Positions 27,229 to 37,794 of a stretch of 64,000 nucleotides of DNA are shown here, one piece after another. Numbering within the stretch: position 1 is the stretch's first letter; each line of letters opens with the position of its first letter. A program made the translations under genes and the position numbers. The DNA lies in assembly GCA_965248445.1 (NCBI GenBank), contig CBDFJG010000003.1, forward strand, positions 256,001 to 320,000, in the 5' to 3' direction. The DNA comes from Planctomycetota bacterium. GTDB lineage: Bacteria; Planctomycetota; JAJSAM01; JAJVHW01. The notes below the pieces were generated by a model that did not search any database, was not told where the DNA came from, and worked only from the letters and a program-made list of their open reading frames with translations.

Positions 27229-29250
27229 ATGCTCCGTGTACCCGCCATTGCGCTCTCGTTGTGCATCTCCGCTCTCTGCTTCGCAGACGACGGCGGTTCG
27301 AGCGACCTCGAGAAGGAGATCCTCGTCGTCGCGAAGCGCTGGAAGGACGTCGTCGGGAATGAGACCGCCTCGGTGGCGGTGATCGGGGCGAGCGACATCG
27401 CGCGGGAGCAGTCGTCCCGGGTGGACTCGCTCCTGCGAGAGGTGCCCGGCGTGTACGTCGTGCGCGACGGTCCGGCGGGTCAGTTCTCGCGGCTGTTCAT
27501 CCGGGGTGCGGCATCGAACCAGACTCTCGTGGTCGTGGACGGTATCCCGCAGAACGACGCCACCACCGGTGGCGGGTTCGATTTCAACGATCTGACCACG
27601 ACGGGCATCGAGCGGATCGAGGTGCTGCGCGGGAGCTACGGCGTGCTGTACGGGAGCGAGGCGATCGGTGGAGTCGTGCACGTGACGACCCGGCGGGGCA
27701 GCGGTCCGGGCCGCGGATTCGTCCGCTTCGAGGGTGGCTCGTTCGGGACGCACCGGGAGAGCGTGGGCTATTCGTTCGGGGACGACGTGTGGGACGCCGC
27801 GCTTACTCTCGGCAACTTCCGCACGGACGGAGAGCGGGACGACGAGGAGCACACGACGCGAGACCTGTCCGCCCGTCTCGGGTACCAGGCGCACGAGCGG
27901 CTTCGGTTCGACGCGACGGTGCGCGTTGCCGACTCCGAGACCGAGTCCCCGTTCGACTTCCCGTTCGGGACGATCCTCCCGCCCGACGGGAACATCACCC
28001 GGACGCGCGACACGGTCTCCGTCGGTGGCATCGTCACGTGGGATGCGCTCGATTGGTTGACGGTGCGCGCTGCTGTGTCCCGGCTCGACGTCGAGAGCGA
28101 GTTCGAGAACGGCCCGGACGGTCCGACGCTCATCGACCCCGACTTCACTCCGGGCAGCGGCGACGAGTTCACGGTGACGCGCGACGAGTTCACATCTCGC
28201 AGCGACGAGACAGACGACCGCTGGCGGCTGGAGGCGACGGCGTTCCTGGGCGATGCGCTCGGCTGGACGGCTCCGGAGGAAGGCGGCATCGACGTCGAGA
28301 TCACCGCCGGCCACGAGTGGATCGAGGAGGAGAGCGCCACGAGCAACACGTCGCCGGAGTTCAATGCGGCGACGACCACGACGACCGAGCGACGGGACGT
28401 GGTCGACACCCGGGCGGGGTTCGCTCAGGCATCGGTGTACCTGCCCGACCTGCTCGGACTCACGGACGGCGTCGTCACGGCGGGCGTCCGCCGGGACCGG
28501 CACGAGGCGTTCGGGTCCGAGTCGTCGCCGTACCTCGGAGCGCGTGCGCGTGTGCTCTCGACGGACACGACGCTGCGCGCGGCATACGGAGAGGGCATTC
28601 GCGCGCCGAAGCCGAGCGAACTGTTCGACGCGTTCGTCGGCAACGCGACACTGGGTGCGGAGACCTCCGAGAGCGTCGACATCGGTGTGGAGCAGCCGCT
28701 GCTCGACGGCGACGTCACGATCGGGGTGACCTGGTTCCGCCTGCGTGTGGAGGACCTGATCGCGTTCGACTCGACCTTCACATCGGGCACGCGGCCATTC
28801 GGCGCACTGGTCAACTTCACGCGCACGGAGACAGAGGGCACGGAGTGGTCCGCAGTGTGGGACTTGGGGGACGGATTCCGCGCGCGCGGCACGTACACGC
28901 GCCAGAACCCGCGCGACCGGACGACCGGCGATCCGCTGCCGAACAGGGCGCAGCAGTTCGGCAGTGTGGGGGTGACCTGGGAACGTGGTGCCGTGGCCGT
29001 CTCGCTCACCGGCACGTTCTCCGGCCGGCATCACGGGCAGGGCGGCGAGATCGTGTACCCCGAGGGCCGCGAACGGGAGGAGCCCGGCCGCCGCCGCGTC
29101 GTCGATCTGGCCGCGCGCTACGGAGTCTCGCCGTCCGTCACTGTGTTCGGCCGCATCGAGAACCTGTTCGACGACGATTGGGTAGCGACCCCGACGAGCC
29201 CGGCCGGCCCGCCGCTGGGGGTCTACGCCGGCCTGCAGATCGACTTCTGA
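27229..29250 (+). CDS. btuB: TonB-dependent receptor, BtuB-like
   Basis: Signal peptide from ATG 27229; plug motifs FIRGAASNQTLVVVDGIP and IERIEVLRGSYGVLYGSEAIGGVV; C-terminal F (GLQIDF); in the riboswitch operon. Confidence 0.8.
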   Translation: MLRVPAIALSLCISALCFADDGGSSDLEKEILVVAKRWKDVVGNETASVAVIGASDIAREQSSRVDSLLREVPGVYVVRDGPAGQFSRLFIRGAASNQTLVVVDGIPQNDATTGGGFDFNDLTTTGIERIEVLRGSYGVLYGSEAIGGVVHVTTRRGSGPGRGFVRFEGGSFGTHRESVGYSFGDDVWDAALTLGNFRTDGERDDEEHTTRDLSARLGYQAHERLRFDATVRVADSETESPFDFPFGTILPPDGNITRTRDTVSVGGIVTWDALDWLTVRAAVSRLDVESEFENGPDGPTLIDPDFTPGSGDEFTVTRDEFTSRSDETDDRWRLEATAFLGDALGWTAPEEGGIDVEITAGHEWIEEESATSNTSPEFNAATTTTTERRDVVDTRAGFAQASVYLPDLLGLTDGVVTAGVRRDRHEAFGSESSPYLGARARVLSTDTTLRAAYGEGIRAPKPSELFDAFVGNATLGAETSESVDIGVEQPLLDGDVTIGVTWFRLRVEDLIAFDSTFTSGTRPFGALVNFTRTETEGTEWSAVWDLGDGFRARGTYTRQNPRDRTTGDPLPNRAQQFGSVGVTWERGAVAVSLTGTFSGRHHGQGGEIVYPEGREREEPGRRRVVDLAARYGVSPSVTVFGRIENLFDDDWVATPTSPAGPPLGVYAGLQIDF

Positions 29251-29356
29251 TCCGGCTGATTGTGACTGTGGTTGCGGGCTCGGAGCCGATCTTGTGTTCA
29301 CCCCCTTGTGGACCTCGTTCGGGGGTCCCGTACGCTGTTCCGACAGGGGGTGCGAG

Positions 29357-30591
29357 ATGACAAGACTGGGCAAGTCACTTCGTCTGAGTTGCTGCGCCGT
29401 CGCGGCGACGATGGCTCTCTGGGCCACGTCGGCCACCGCGGAGGCCGCGACGATCAGGGTGCCGAATGATGCTCCGACGGTCGCCGGCGCGCTGGCTCTG
29501 GCGGAGAACGGGGACAAGATCATCCTCCTCGGCGGCTCGTACAACGAGACCGTGGAGGTCAACGGGCTCTCGGATCTCACGATCAAGGCCAGGGGGGGGC
29601 CTCGATGGTGCAGGCCGCCAACGGTCCGACACCGCTGACGTTGAGGAATTGCACGCGAGTACGGGTCATCGGACTGGCGATCGTCGGCGGCTTCTACGGC
29701 CTGGACGTCTTCGACTCCGCCGACATCAAGATCAACAAGTGCGACATCCGGGCCGGTGACGGCGACGGGATCCGCGTCTTCGACTCCGCACGCGTCAAGG
29801 TGGCGAAGTGCCTGATATCGGATCGAAAACTGACCGGCGTGTACGTCGCGCAGCTCGGCGCGTCGCCGCCGACGGCCGTGCAGGTCGTGGCCTGTACGAT
29901 CTCGCGTGCCGGACTCTACGGCGTGCTCGCCCAGCAGGGCTCCGGCCATGCGGTGCTCCGCTGCCGGGTCTTCGACACAGGGAGGGTCGGAATCGAGTTG
30001 AACTCCAGCGACGGACTGATCGAGCGGAACTTGGTGGTGCGTGTGACGACCTTCGCAGCGCAGGCGGTCCGTGGTGACAACAACGTGGGCCGCAAGAACA
30101 GGGCCGAGGCCGCAGGGAAGGAGGGGTTCTTCGTCGGTGGGACGAATGCACTGATCGAGAAGAACCAGCTCCGGAACTGTGCGTTCGGCATCTGGTGTCC
30201 CGGCGCGAACAACACGATCCGGAAGAACCTCATCGACACGACGACTTCCTGGGGCATCCTCATGTCCGTCGGCGAGGGCAACCTGGTCGAGCAGAACACG
30301 GTCATCGGCGCCGGGATCACCGCGCTCGGGATCTACTCCAACAACGGGGAGTACCGGTCGAACAAGTTGAAGCTCGGCAAGTCGTTCGGCGTCGACGTCC
30401 ACAGCGACGGGAACGAGATCGTATCCAACACGACGGTCATGTCGGCGGGCACGGCATTCGTGGCTCGGGCAACGGCGACCGGCAACACGATTGCGCTGAA
30501 CAAGGCGAAGAAGAACCTCGGGAACGGTCTCGACGACCTGAGCGCGCCAGGCGCGAACACCTTCCTCGACAACGTGTTCACCGGTCTCTGA
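29357..30591 (+). pseudogene. Secreted right-handed beta-helix (NosD/pectin lyase-like) protein, frameshifted at a G8 tract
   Basis: Signal peptide then ATIRVPNDAPTVAGALALAENGDKIILLGGSYNETV in one frame; parallel beta-helix repeats continue in another frame after G8 at 29592-29599. Confidence 0.75.
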
Positions 30592-30707
30592 CGGGACGTC
30601 GCTCCGCGGGATGTTGTGGCGCGGTGCTGGGCACCGCGCCACCGCCCAGTCCGGGACCTCTGCTACGGCGTCCGCTAGGCTCCGCAACCGCGGAGGTGGA
30701 AGGGGCC

Positions 30708-32069
30708 ATGCAGAGACGAATTGGACTTGCTCTGGCGGCGACGATTGTGCTCGCGGCCGGGTGCTCGCAGGAGTCACCCACACCCCCGGCAGCGCCTTCT
30801 GCCGTCGACGTCGCCGATGCTCCGTCCGTCCCGTTCGAGGGGATGGAGGCGCCCGAGGGCGCGCGACCGAAGAGCGTGGTGCTCGTCATCGCGGACGGCA
30901 TGGGCCCGCAGCAGGTGGCGCTGCTGCTCGACTGGGCGGAGGCGGCGGATGCGGGGATCCCGAGCTTCCAGTACCTCGCCGCGAGCGGCACGCTGGGGAT
31001 CGTGCGCACGGGCGCATCGAACTCGCCGCTGACGGATTCAGCGTCCAGCGCGACCGCGTTGGCGACCGGCGTCGAGAGCTACAACGGCGCGATCGGGGTT
31101 GATGACGCGAAGGAGGCGGTCGCGACCTGTCTCGAGGATGCGCAGAAGAGCGGCCGCCGCACGGGACTCGTATCGACGACGCGGCTGACACACGCGACAC
31201 CGGCGGCGTTCGCCTCGCACGTCGCGCGGCGGAACCTTGAAGCCGAGATCGCTACGCAACTGCTCGCGAGCGGTGTGAACGTGATGCTCGGTGGGGGTGG
31301 CCGCTTCGTGAAGCGCGCGGCCGGCGAGGCCGCTGGCTACACCGTGGTCGACAGCGAGGAAGGGTTGAACGCTGTTCCGACCGGCACGGACAGGCTGCTC
31401 GGCGTGTTCGCCGACTCGCACCTGCCGTACTTCATCGACCGCGACGGCGTCGGTGATCCCGACGACGCGCCGCAGTCGCCGACGCTGGCTGAACTCACCT
31501 CCCGTGCTCTAGAAGTGCTCGAAGGTCCGCAGGGCTTCTTCCTGATGATCGAGGCGGGTCGTATCGACCACGCCGGGCACATCAATGACGTGGCCGGTGT
31601 GCTGGGGGAGCTGCGCGAGTTCGACGACGCGCTCGAGGTGTTGATCAAGCACCAGCTCCACAACCCAGACACTCTGGTCGTGGTCACCGCGGACCACGAG
31701 ACCGGCGGTCTCGCGATCACCCAGGGGGGCGCGCCACTGCGGCCCGAGCACTTCCTCGAGATGGCGAAGGCAGAGCGTTCGCTCGAGGCGATCGCGCGAG
31801 ACGAGCCCGAGAAGGAGACGGTCGACTCGAAGGCCACGTTCGGCGTCGGGCGCCGCCACTTCTACCCGCCGTATTCGTGGTGGGAGACCTCGCGCGCGCT
31901 GGAGCGATCCGCGCAGTACAACGTCTCGTATGCGTCGCAGACGCACACGACGACGCCGGTCGTGTGTATCGCCGTCGGCCCCGGGCAGGAGCACTTCGGA
32001 GGGCTCTATCACAACGAGCGCATCGGCAGGCTGATGCGGTTCTTCATGATGAACGAGGCGCGCGAGTGA
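30708..32069 (+). CDS. Alkaline phosphatase (PhoA family), lipoprotein
   Basis: Lipobox AAGC; IADGMG, TDSASSATALATG (catalytic Ser), THATPAAF, EAGRIDHAGH, VTADHETGG. Confidence 0.92.
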   Translation: MQRRIGLALAATIVLAAGCSQESPTPPAAPSAVDVADAPSVPFEGMEAPEGARPKSVVLVIADGMGPQQVALLLDWAEAADAGIPSFQYLAASGTLGIVRTGASNSPLTDSASSATALATGVESYNGAIGVDDAKEAVATCLEDAQKSGRRTGLVSTTRLTHATPAAFASHVARRNLEAEIATQLLASGVNVMLGGGGRFVKRAAGEAAGYTVVDSEEGLNAVPTGTDRLLGVFADSHLPYFIDRDGVGDPDDAPQSPTLAELTSRALEVLEGPQGFFLMIEAGRIDHAGHINDVAGVLGELREFDDALEVLIKHQLHNPDTLVVVTADHETGGLAITQGGAPLRPEHFLEMAKAERSLEAIARDEPEKETVDSKATFGVGRRHFYPPYSWWETSRALERSAQYNVSYASQTHTTTPVVCIAVGPGQEHFGGLYHNERIGRLMRFFMMNEARE

Positions 32070-33091
32070 GCATCGCCGACTTCCGCAGCGACACCGTTAC
32101 GCGGCCGTCGGCCGACATGCTCGTGGCCATGACGGAGGCGGAGCTCGGCGACGACGTCCTCGGACACGACCCGACGACACAGCGACTCGAACAGGAGACC
32201 GCCGCCGTCCTCGGCAAGGACGGGGCGCTCTACATGCCCTCCGGCACGATGTGCAATCTCGTCGCGATCCTCACTCACACGACTCCGGGCGACCAGGCGA
32301 TCATCGAGCAGTGGGCGCACACGGCGTGCTTCGAGGGCGGCGGCGCGGGTGCAATCGCGGGTCTCCTGGTGCGGACGCTGCCGTCCGAGCGGGGACTGCC
32401 CGATGCGGGGGACGTCGCCCGGTGGATGCTGCCGAGGTCCGAGCACACCCCCGGAACGTCGCTCGTGTGCCTCGAACAGACGCACAACTTCCACGGCGGG
32501 ACCGTGCAGCCACTCGACGGGATGCAGGCCGTCGCGGACGCCGCGCACGCGGGCGGGGCGAAGGTGCACCTCGACGGCGCCCGGCTGTTCAACGCCGTGG
32601 CCGCTTCGGGCGTCCCGGCTGCCGACTACGCCGCCGTCGCGGACAGCGTCTCGATCTGCCTCTCAAAGGGCCTCGGCGCCCCCGTCGGATCGCTCCTGGC
32701 CGGCGAGGCCGAGTTCATCACCCGCGCCCGCTTCCACCGCAAACGGCTCGGCGGAGGGATGCGCCAGAGCGGCGTGATCGCCGCGGCCGGCCTGGTGGCC
32801 CTCCGCGAGGGTCCCGCTGGGCTCGGGGGCGACCACGGGCGGGCTCGGCGGATCGCCGTCGGGATCGCGTCCCTACCGGGTTTTTCGGTCGAGCCCGAAC
32901 GGGTCGAGACGAACATCGTTTTCGCTGGTACGGGGGGCACCCCGGCGGCCGAGATCGTGGCGGCGGCGGAGCGCGAAAACGTCCTGCTCTATGCCACCGG
33001 ACAGCACCAGATCCGCTTCGTGACGCACCGCGACGTGGACGACGGGGCGGTCGAACGGCTGCTCGAGGTGCTCGGCCGTTTCACCACATAG
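32066..33091 (+). CDS. ltaE: Low-specificity L-threonine aldolase
   Basis: DFRSDTVTRP, GDDV, PSGTMCN, HLDGARLFNA, CLSKGLGAPVGS (PLP Lys), RKRLGGGMRQ. Confidence 0.92.
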   Translation: MSIADFRSDTVTRPSADMLVAMTEAELGDDVLGHDPTTQRLEQETAAVLGKDGALYMPSGTMCNLVAILTHTTPGDQAIIEQWAHTACFEGGGAGAIAGLLVRTLPSERGLPDAGDVARWMLPRSEHTPGTSLVCLEQTHNFHGGTVQPLDGMQAVADAAHAGGAKVHLDGARLFNAVAASGVPAADYAAVADSVSICLSKGLGAPVGSLLAGEAEFITRARFHRKRLGGGMRQSGVIAAAGLVALREGPAGLGGDHGRARRIAVGIASLPGFSVEPERVETNIVFAGTGGTPAAEIVAAAERENVLLYATGQHQIRFVTHRDVDDGAVERLLEVLGRFTT

Positions 33092-33107
33092 CGAGAGGTA
33101 GCGAGAC

Positions 33108-33917
33108 ATGCGGCTCTTCGATCCCCACGTCCACATGTACTGCCGTCTGACCGACGACTACGAGCAGATGGCGCTCTCCGGCATCACCACGCTCGTCGAA
33201 CCGGCCTTCTGGCTCGGCACCTGCCGCACGCACCCGGAGTCGTTCTACGACTACTTCGAGCACATCACGGTGTTCGAGAAGAACCGCGCGGCGAAGTACG
33301 GCATCAACCACTACCAGTGCATCGGCGTCAATCCCAAGGACGCGGACAACCTGGAGGTCACGCTCCCGACGGTCGAGGGCATGCGCCACTTCTTCGAGCG
33401 GCCGTCGGTCGTGGGCGTCGGCGAGATCGGCCTCAACGAGAACACGCAGAACGAGATGGTCGGACTCGAGAAGCAGCTCGACCTCGCACAGGAGCTGGGC
33501 CTGCCGGCACTGGTTCACACGCCGCACGTCGACAAGAAGACCGGCGTCGAGATGATGGCGGAGCTGATCAAGGGCAAGAGCTACCGCAACGAGTTGATCC
33601 TGATCGACCACATCACCGAGGAGACGATCGAGATCGTGCGCGACCTGGGTGTGTGGGTCGGGATGACGGTCTACCCGTTCTCGAAGCTCTCCCCGGACCG
33701 AGCCGTCGCCATGTTCAAGCGCTACGGCCCCGAACTCATGATGGTGAATTCGTCGGTGGACTGGGGTGAGAGCGACCCGTTGTCGGTCCCCAAGTGCGTC
33801 CGGTTGATGCGGCGCGAGGGATGGACGGAAGCGGAGATCGACCGCTTCGTGTGGAAGAACCCGGTGGCCTTCTGGGGTCAGAGCGGGCGCTTGTCCGAGA
33901 CCGCGGTGATGCCGTAG
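33108..33917 (+). CDS. TatD-family metallohydrolase (EboB-like subfamily)
   Basis: DPHVHM..RLTDDYEQMA..EPAFWLG, IGVNPK, VGEIG, VHTPH..K, IDH, NSSVDWGESDPLSVPK. Confidence 0.8.
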   Translation: MRLFDPHVHMYCRLTDDYEQMALSGITTLVEPAFWLGTCRTHPESFYDYFEHITVFEKNRAAKYGINHYQCIGVNPKDADNLEVTLPTVEGMRHFFERPSVVGVGEIGLNENTQNEMVGLEKQLDLAQELGLPALVHTPHVDKKTGVEMMAELIKGKSYRNELILIDHITEETIEIVRDLGVWVGMTVYPFSKLSPDRAVAMFKRYGPELMMVNSSVDWGESDPLSVPKCVRLMRREGWTEAEIDRFVWKNPVAFWGQSGRLSETAVMP

Positions 33918-33919
33918 CC

Positions 33920-35257
33920 GTGGCGGTCCCATTCAAGGCATACGACATCCGGGGCGTCGTCCCGGACCAGCTCGACGAAGCGATGGCGGAGCGGGTCGGC
34001 CGCGCCGTTGCGACATTTCTCGGCGCCCGCCGCATGGTGGTCGGGCGCGACATGCGCGATTCGGGGATCGGCCTCTCGGCGGCGCTGATCCGTGGCATCA
34101 CCAGCACCGGCTGCGATGTCGTCGACATCGGCGTCGTCAGCTCGCCGATGCAGTACTTCGGCGTCGGCCACCTGGGTGCTGACGGCGGTGTCATGGTCAC
34201 CGCGTCGCACAATCCGGCCGAGTACAACGGCTTCAAGATCAGTGGCAAGGACGTCGTCCCGATCGGCGGAGACTCCGGGCTGATCGAGATCGAGGCGATG
34301 GTGCGCGGGGAACTCCCCCCCGCATCCGGCGAGGGAACGGTCGAGCAGGCCGACATCAAGCCGGCCTACACCGAGAAGCTGATCGGGATGCTGAGCCCGG
34401 GGGAGCGGCGGCTGAAGGTCGCCGTCGACTGCGGCAACGGCATGGGGGGCGAGGAGGTCACGCACGTCCTTTCGCACCTGCCGATCGACATCGTCGGCCT
34501 CTACCTCGAACCCGACGGAGCGTTCCCCAACCACGAAGCCAACCCGCTCCAGCCCGCAAACATGCGCGACCTGCAGGCGGCCGTGCTGCGGGAGGGCTGC
34601 GATCTGGGGATTGCATTCGACGGCGATGCGGACCGGGCGTGCTTCTGCGACGAGAAGGGCCAGATCATCGGCAACGACCTGATCACGGCGCTTCTGGCGT
34701 ACGAACTCGTGCCTGACGAGCCCGGCGCGGCCGTGGTCTACGACCTGCGCTCATCGCGCGTCGTCTCGCAGACGATCACGTCCCTCGGCGGCACGCCGGT
34801 GCGTGAGCGCGTCGGGCACGCGTTCATGAAGGCGACGCTGCGGCGTCACGCCGGGCCGTACGGCGGTGAACTCTCCGGCCACTTCTACTTCCGGGACCTG
34901 TGGTTCACGGATTCCGGGTCGTACGCGGCAGGGCTCGTTCTCTGCAAGCTGTCACGCGCAGACACGCCGCTCTCCGAGATCGTGGCGCCGCTGCGTGTCT
35001 ATCCGACGACGGGCGAGGTCAACTTCCATGTCGAGGACAAGGACGCCCTGATCGAGCGCGTCGCCGAGGAGTTCTCCGACGCCCGACAGGATCGGCTGGA
35101 CGGCATCACCATCGAGTACGACGAGTGGTGGTGCAACGTCCGCAAGAGCAACACAGAACCGCTGCTCCGGCTGGTCCTCGAGGCCGACGACACCGCGACG
35201 TTCGAGAGCGCGAGGTCACGAGTGATGGCGATACTCGGCGACCCGGTCGACGAGTGA
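33920..35257 (+). CDS. Phosphomannomutase/phosphoglucomutase
   Basis: FKAYDIRG, TASHNP (phospho-Ser), FDGDADR, GGELSGHFYF, RKSNTEPLLRL. Confidence 0.93.
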   Translation: MAVPFKAYDIRGVVPDQLDEAMAERVGRAVATFLGARRMVVGRDMRDSGIGLSAALIRGITSTGCDVVDIGVVSSPMQYFGVGHLGADGGVMVTASHNPAEYNGFKISGKDVVPIGGDSGLIEIEAMVRGELPPASGEGTVEQADIKPAYTEKLIGMLSPGERRLKVAVDCGNGMGGEEVTHVLSHLPIDIVGLYLEPDGAFPNHEANPLQPANMRDLQAAVLREGCDLGIAFDGDADRACFCDEKGQIIGNDLITALLAYELVPDEPGAAVVYDLRSSRVVSQTITSLGGTPVRERVGHAFMKATLRRHAGPYGGELSGHFYFRDLWFTDSGSYAAGLVLCKLSRADTPLSEIVAPLRVYPTTGEVNFHVEDKDALIERVAEEFSDARQDRLDGITIEYDEWWCNVRKSNTEPLLRLVLEADDTATFESARSRVMAILGDPVDE

Positions 35258-35413
35258 CTCGGCGCGGGCGTAGAGTCAGCCCGTGAAGAAGATCCTCCTC
35301 GCCGTACTCGTGATCGCGATCGTCGCAGGGATCGGCGCGCTCGTGTTGGTCGGCAATCTGGATCGGATCGTCGAGCACGCGATCGAGGCGGTCGGCAGCC
35401 GGGCAACCCGCGC

Positions 35414-36945
35414 GTACCCGTTCAGGGTATGACGATCCGCGGCCTCAGCGCGTGATCGGGAGCGCGACGAGAGCCGGCGGCGAGCGGTTGTGCGCGAGTG
35501 CCGCGCTGACGTCTGCGAGGTAATCGAAGACGCTCTCGCCACGCTGGCGGAGCGTGGCGGTGACGGTCAGGATGCGCTCGACGAAGCGGAGTCCGCGCTC
35601 GCTCTGACTTCCGTGCGTTGCGCGTCTCCACAGGACCGGCTTGCGCACCGCGCGCTCAGCGGCGTTGTTCGTCGGGGAGACGCCAGGGACGTCGGCGAAG
35701 GTCCACAGAGCCTCCGCTCGGTCGAGCAGATGCCGAGTCGTTCCGCGTACTCGGCGGTGCTTGCTGTCTGCGCCGCGCACGAGCAGCGTCAGGAGTCGGT
35801 CCCATGTGAGACGCAGCTCACGCCGCATGCGGTCGCGGTCCCCGTGCTCGCCGAAGTGACGCTGAGCTCGCATGACAGCCTGGGCGAGACGCACGGCCTG
35901 CTTGCCGAAGCGCCGGCCGCCGCGCGAGCCCTCGGCCAGCGCTCGAAAGTCCCTCTCGAGATGCGCCCAGCAGATCTGGCGGCGCTCGGTGGGATGCTGG
36001 TCGTAAGCGCCCATACGGTCGGTCACGAGGACGCCCCTGAAGCGCTTGCCCACGAGTCGCCGCATGGCCTTGGCGCTCCTGCGCCGATCGATACGATGGA
36101 CCGTGGCGTGCTCACAGACCGCGCTCCACAGCCAATGCAGCGTGCCACGACGCGACCACGGTGTCTCGTCTACATAGGCGACGCTGCTCGTGCGTACGGC
36201 CCCGAGGGCCTCGATGTGCGCTGAGGAGATGGCTCCCGACACCCGCTCCTCGATCGCACTGACCGTGCCCGGTGACATCGAGACGCCGATGACGTCACGC
36301 AACAGACGACTGGTCTCGCGCCGCGACAGGCGGAAGACGCCGACCAGAGCCGCGGTGAGCGCACAGAGTCGCGGGCCGAAGGGACTCGCCGTCACACCGC
36401 TTGGCAGCGAGGCAGTGGACGTGGCGCCACAGTCCGTGCACCGTGCCCGGTGCAACCGGTGCTCGGTCACCTGGATCAGCCGTGGCGGGACCTCGAAGAC
36501 CTGCTGGCGTGTCGGGGCGCGATCGATCGGGACGAGCACGTCGCTCCCACACGCGCTGCACTCGCGCGGGCGGTGGTCCTCTACGCCATCGACCTCGGAC
36601 TCGTCCACGAGCTTGCGCGTCGCCCCTTTGTGGCCGGGCTGCGCACCCTGGCGCTTGTCCGACGGCGGCTTGCGCCGCCGCCGCTTCTTGGACCACGACG
36701 GATCCGAGGACGGTGGGCGCGAGGAGGTGCGGGAGTCCCGGCGAAGACGGCTCTCGAGATCGTCGATCCGTGCCGCCTGCCGCTCGATCACCTCCGCCTG
36801 CTCGGCAATCGTCTCGTCCCGAGCGTCCAGACGACGGGTCAGGCGCTCGACCAGATCACGCAGCTCATCGGTGCCCACATCCGATTCATCGACCGAACGG
36901 AAAGCGATCTGGATCCGAGCTCAGAACCAAGGGCTGAACGGGTAC
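35414..36945 (-). mobile_element. IS66-family element copy 2, 1532 bp
   Basis: Same IRs and transposase as copy 1; its own flanks (ACCCGCGC and GGCTGGGC) do not match each other. Confidence 0.95.
35445..36878 (-). CDS. IS66-family transposase
   Basis: Protein identical to 17183-18616. Confidence 0.95.
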   Translation of the reverse strand: MGTDELRDLVERLTRRLDARDETIAEQAEVIERQAARIDDLESRLRRDSRTSSRPPSSDPSWSKKRRRRKPPSDKRQGAQPGHKGATRKLVDESEVDGVEDHRPRECSACGSDVLVPIDRAPTRQQVFEVPPRLIQVTEHRLHRARCTDCGATSTASLPSGVTASPFGPRLCALTAALVGVFRLSRRETSRLLRDVIGVSMSPGTVSAIEERVSGAISSAHIEALGAVRTSSVAYVDETPWSRRGTLHWLWSAVCEHATVHRIDRRRSAKAMRRLVGKRFRGVLVTDRMGAYDQHPTERRQICWAHLERDFRALAEGSRGGRRFGKQAVRLAQAVMRAQRHFGEHGDRDRMRRELRLTWDRLLTLLVRGADSKHRRVRGTTRHLLDRAEALWTFADVPGVSPTNNAAERAVRKPVLWRRATHGSQSERGLRFVERILTVTATLRQRGESVFDYLADVSAALAHNRSPPALVALPITR

Positions 36946-37790
36946 GGCTGGGCCATGGACCATCCGGAGAAACCGCCTCCCACTTCGCAGAGATCCTCCC
37001 GTCCCTACGGCGGCACTTCCATTGGCCGCCGTGCGCCTCAAGCGATTCGGCCACTGCCTTGGGGAGCACTCGTGCCACATGCCAGTAGGGCGAAGGCGCG
37101 GTCATGAGGAAGTCACGTGCGCTTCGTGGGTGGCGCTTCGCGTCGATGTTGGTCTGGTGAACGCCGTTGTCCCGCCACTCCGTGTTGAGAACGTGGATCA
37201 TCTCGCGGTCGGTATAGAGCGCCCGCAGCCGAGCCGACGTATCAGTCCACCCCTCCTTCGCCTCGAGCTTCATGTCACGGGAGAACTCCACCCATCCGGA
37301 CCCGGCAGAGATCTCGAAACCGTCAGGGTCTCCGCCCGCCTCCAGCGGAATCAGCGCGCGACTTGCGAGCTGCTGATCGACGAGTTCCTCCATGTCGGCC
37401 TGCTCGTCGGCCGAGGGAGGCTTGCCGATCAGTGCGTCCCAACGTGCACGGGCGCACGCCATTAGATGGGCCCGGGCAGCGTCGCGGAAGCCCGCCGGCG
37501 GCTCACGGTTCTCGAGGGAGTTCTCGAATACCGAGGTCCCATGAGGGAACCCACTCACGCCGTCGCGCAGGATCTGGGCGGCGAGAAGCGCCAAGTCGTT
37601 CTCCGACGGTTCCGGTTGCTCCTGCGCGAAGCCGACTCCGGTCATGCCGAGCAAGGAGACTGCCGCCGCCGCTACGACGCAGGCGCATCGGGCAGGAGCA
37701 CCCCGCAACGCCGACGTGAAGTTCACGCGGCTCCAGCGTGGCCTCGTCAGCGGGGGACGAGACCACGCGTTGGGATTGTGGCTCACGACG
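36946..37790 (-). pseudogene. Hypothetical secreted protein, 3'-truncated by IS66
   Basis: Signal-like AAAAVSLLGMTGVGFAQEQ; the frame runs without a stop into the IS66 left end at 36945; start uncertain. Confidence 0.5.
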
Positions 37791-37794
37791 CTTC

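Noticed and set aside
27163..30783. 1206-aa minus-strand ORF and similar long antisense or alternate-frame ORFs (e.g. 19440-21077, 52345-54270, 43353-45029)
   Set aside because: Shadow frames of well-supported genes in high-GC DNA; Arg/Ala/Pro-rich with no motifs.
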